64,000 bases of DNA from Mobula hypostoma. Lineage: Eukaryota. The stretch covers positions 184,700,001-184,764,000 of the forward strand of contig NC_086097.1 of the NCBI RefSeq assembly GCF_963921235.1. The letters run 5' to 3'. Each line of letters starts with the position of its first letter. Positions within the stretch are counted from its first letter, which is position 1. The notes below the pieces were generated by a model. That model was not told the DNA's origin, ran no database searches, and was given only the letters and a program-made list of their open reading frames with translations. Below are positions 62,561 to 64,000 of this stretch, piece after piece. A program made the position numbers and the translations under genes.

Positions 62561-64000
62561 GTGGTAAGGGACAGAAACAAGGGGGAATAGAATGGAGTCG
62601 AGATATGAGGGTATGAGTTCAGTGGGGCAGGAGCAGTGGGCAAGGCTGCAGTGTATTCGGCAATTGTTGGCTTGGATTTACTCAGACATCACTGATTTAC
62701 CGTATTTTTGTTATTTTTGTTATTTTTCTCTCTCTGCCATGTTATCTGGAGCGATTCATTCATAATTTTACTTCAGCCACAATTTTAATGTTATATTTAC
62801 CATCTACAGCCACAACATGTAAAATCTATTGGTCAGTATTGATTCAAAGTTGTAAGCCAGGCAGGTAACCATATATATGTTATTGTTTAGGTTCTGGTGA
62901 TGGCTTTCAGTCTGATTCCTCTGTGAAAAAAATGTTAATCTTGAACCCTAAAAATAAATAACTGTTAGTCAGCTGCTGATGAGAAAAGTAAAGGATCTGA
63001 AAACAGTGTAATGCTCCTGAGGGTTCATTACAGCACATGTTCAAACCTGAAGTATGTAACGTTAACTCTTTGCTTTTCATAGGCTTGGGATTTATGTAGT
63101 TAGATGTGATCTAAGCCTTTGAAATATCATAATTTAGCAAATAATGAAGATAATCTATATTGCAAATGGCATGTTAACGTCCTTATACAAACCTCAAAGT
63201 ATAGATTCTAGAGAAGATTGTTCTCTTACAATTTGCCTATTTAAATTAATGGATGTAAAATCAAAAACTTGAAATAGTCTTGACCCTTTATTTGGACCAC
63301 CCAAGGAAAGCCAAGCACTCCAAAAAAACATTTTATTCAGCTGAATATGATGTTGAATTAACTTCAATTACATTTTTCAAGCAAGATAGAACCCCAAGCC
63401 TTTGTATTAAACTGGATAATTCAATTTATTTTCAAGTTAAATGTTACTGAATCTACACCTGCAAATTGTATTGAATACATAATGATGAAATGCATGAAAA
63501 GCATATTAAAGATGGCAACAATGTTTTAGGCTTGTTTTGAATGTTTAACATATAAAGAAAGAAAATAATTGATTCACCCTACTCTAGATTCTACATACAT
63601 CTAGACATAGGAAGGAAAGCAACAACTCAGCAATCACTAAGTTTATTGTTTTGCTATCAGTTTGCGTCGTGGTGAGCAGTGACAGATGGCTGGCATCTGT
63701 GGTCAAATCACGTGACTGAAAATATAGTTCTATTGTAGCATGTGATTTGGACTCAGTGATATCAAGTTATATTTTGTTGTGTAAAATGAGGATCAGCAGT
63801 CCCAGTGTACGTTATACTGTCATTTCTTCAATGATATGCTTATCTTAAGACCATCAGCACCACAGTCATTTAGATTTTGTTATGCTCATTTTTTTATTTT
63901 ATAACTCTGCCTCAACAGGCAAACAGCTAAAGTAATAAAATCCCAAACACTATAGCAATTTAAGTTTCATGTAATATTTGCAAGCTGGTCAATATTGGGT

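Overview
Eukaryotic, AT-rich, CpG-depleted vertebrate DNA, intergenic or deep intronic. The repeat mix suggests a cartilaginous fish, probably a ray (inference): CR1, Rex1/Babar-like and RTE LINEs, an HE1/V-type SINE, and many GIY-YIG Penelope-like elements (PLEs). I cannot support any intact host protein-coding gene. Nearly all informative ORFs in the track are fragments or shadow frames of retroelements. About half the window is nested mobile DNA, including a full-length dead Tc1, a palindromic mariner MITE, a solo LTR and very old Gypsy and Harbinger fossils that the ORF track mostly misses. The strongest RNA-level signal is a minimal type I hammerhead ribozyme motif (stem I-CUGAUGA-stem II-GAAAC-GUC-stem I') near the 3' end of the PLE copies. 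About 17 loci carry it, two essentially intact. Several short insertions are fold-back elements whose inversion point lies at that ribozyme, and a ~35-nt tail is reproducibly present on one arm only. A non-coding RTE-like element also carries a possible HDV-like fold. Boundaries of old repeats are approximate (tens of bp). TSD and motif coordinates were counted by eye. No database search or folding calculation was run.
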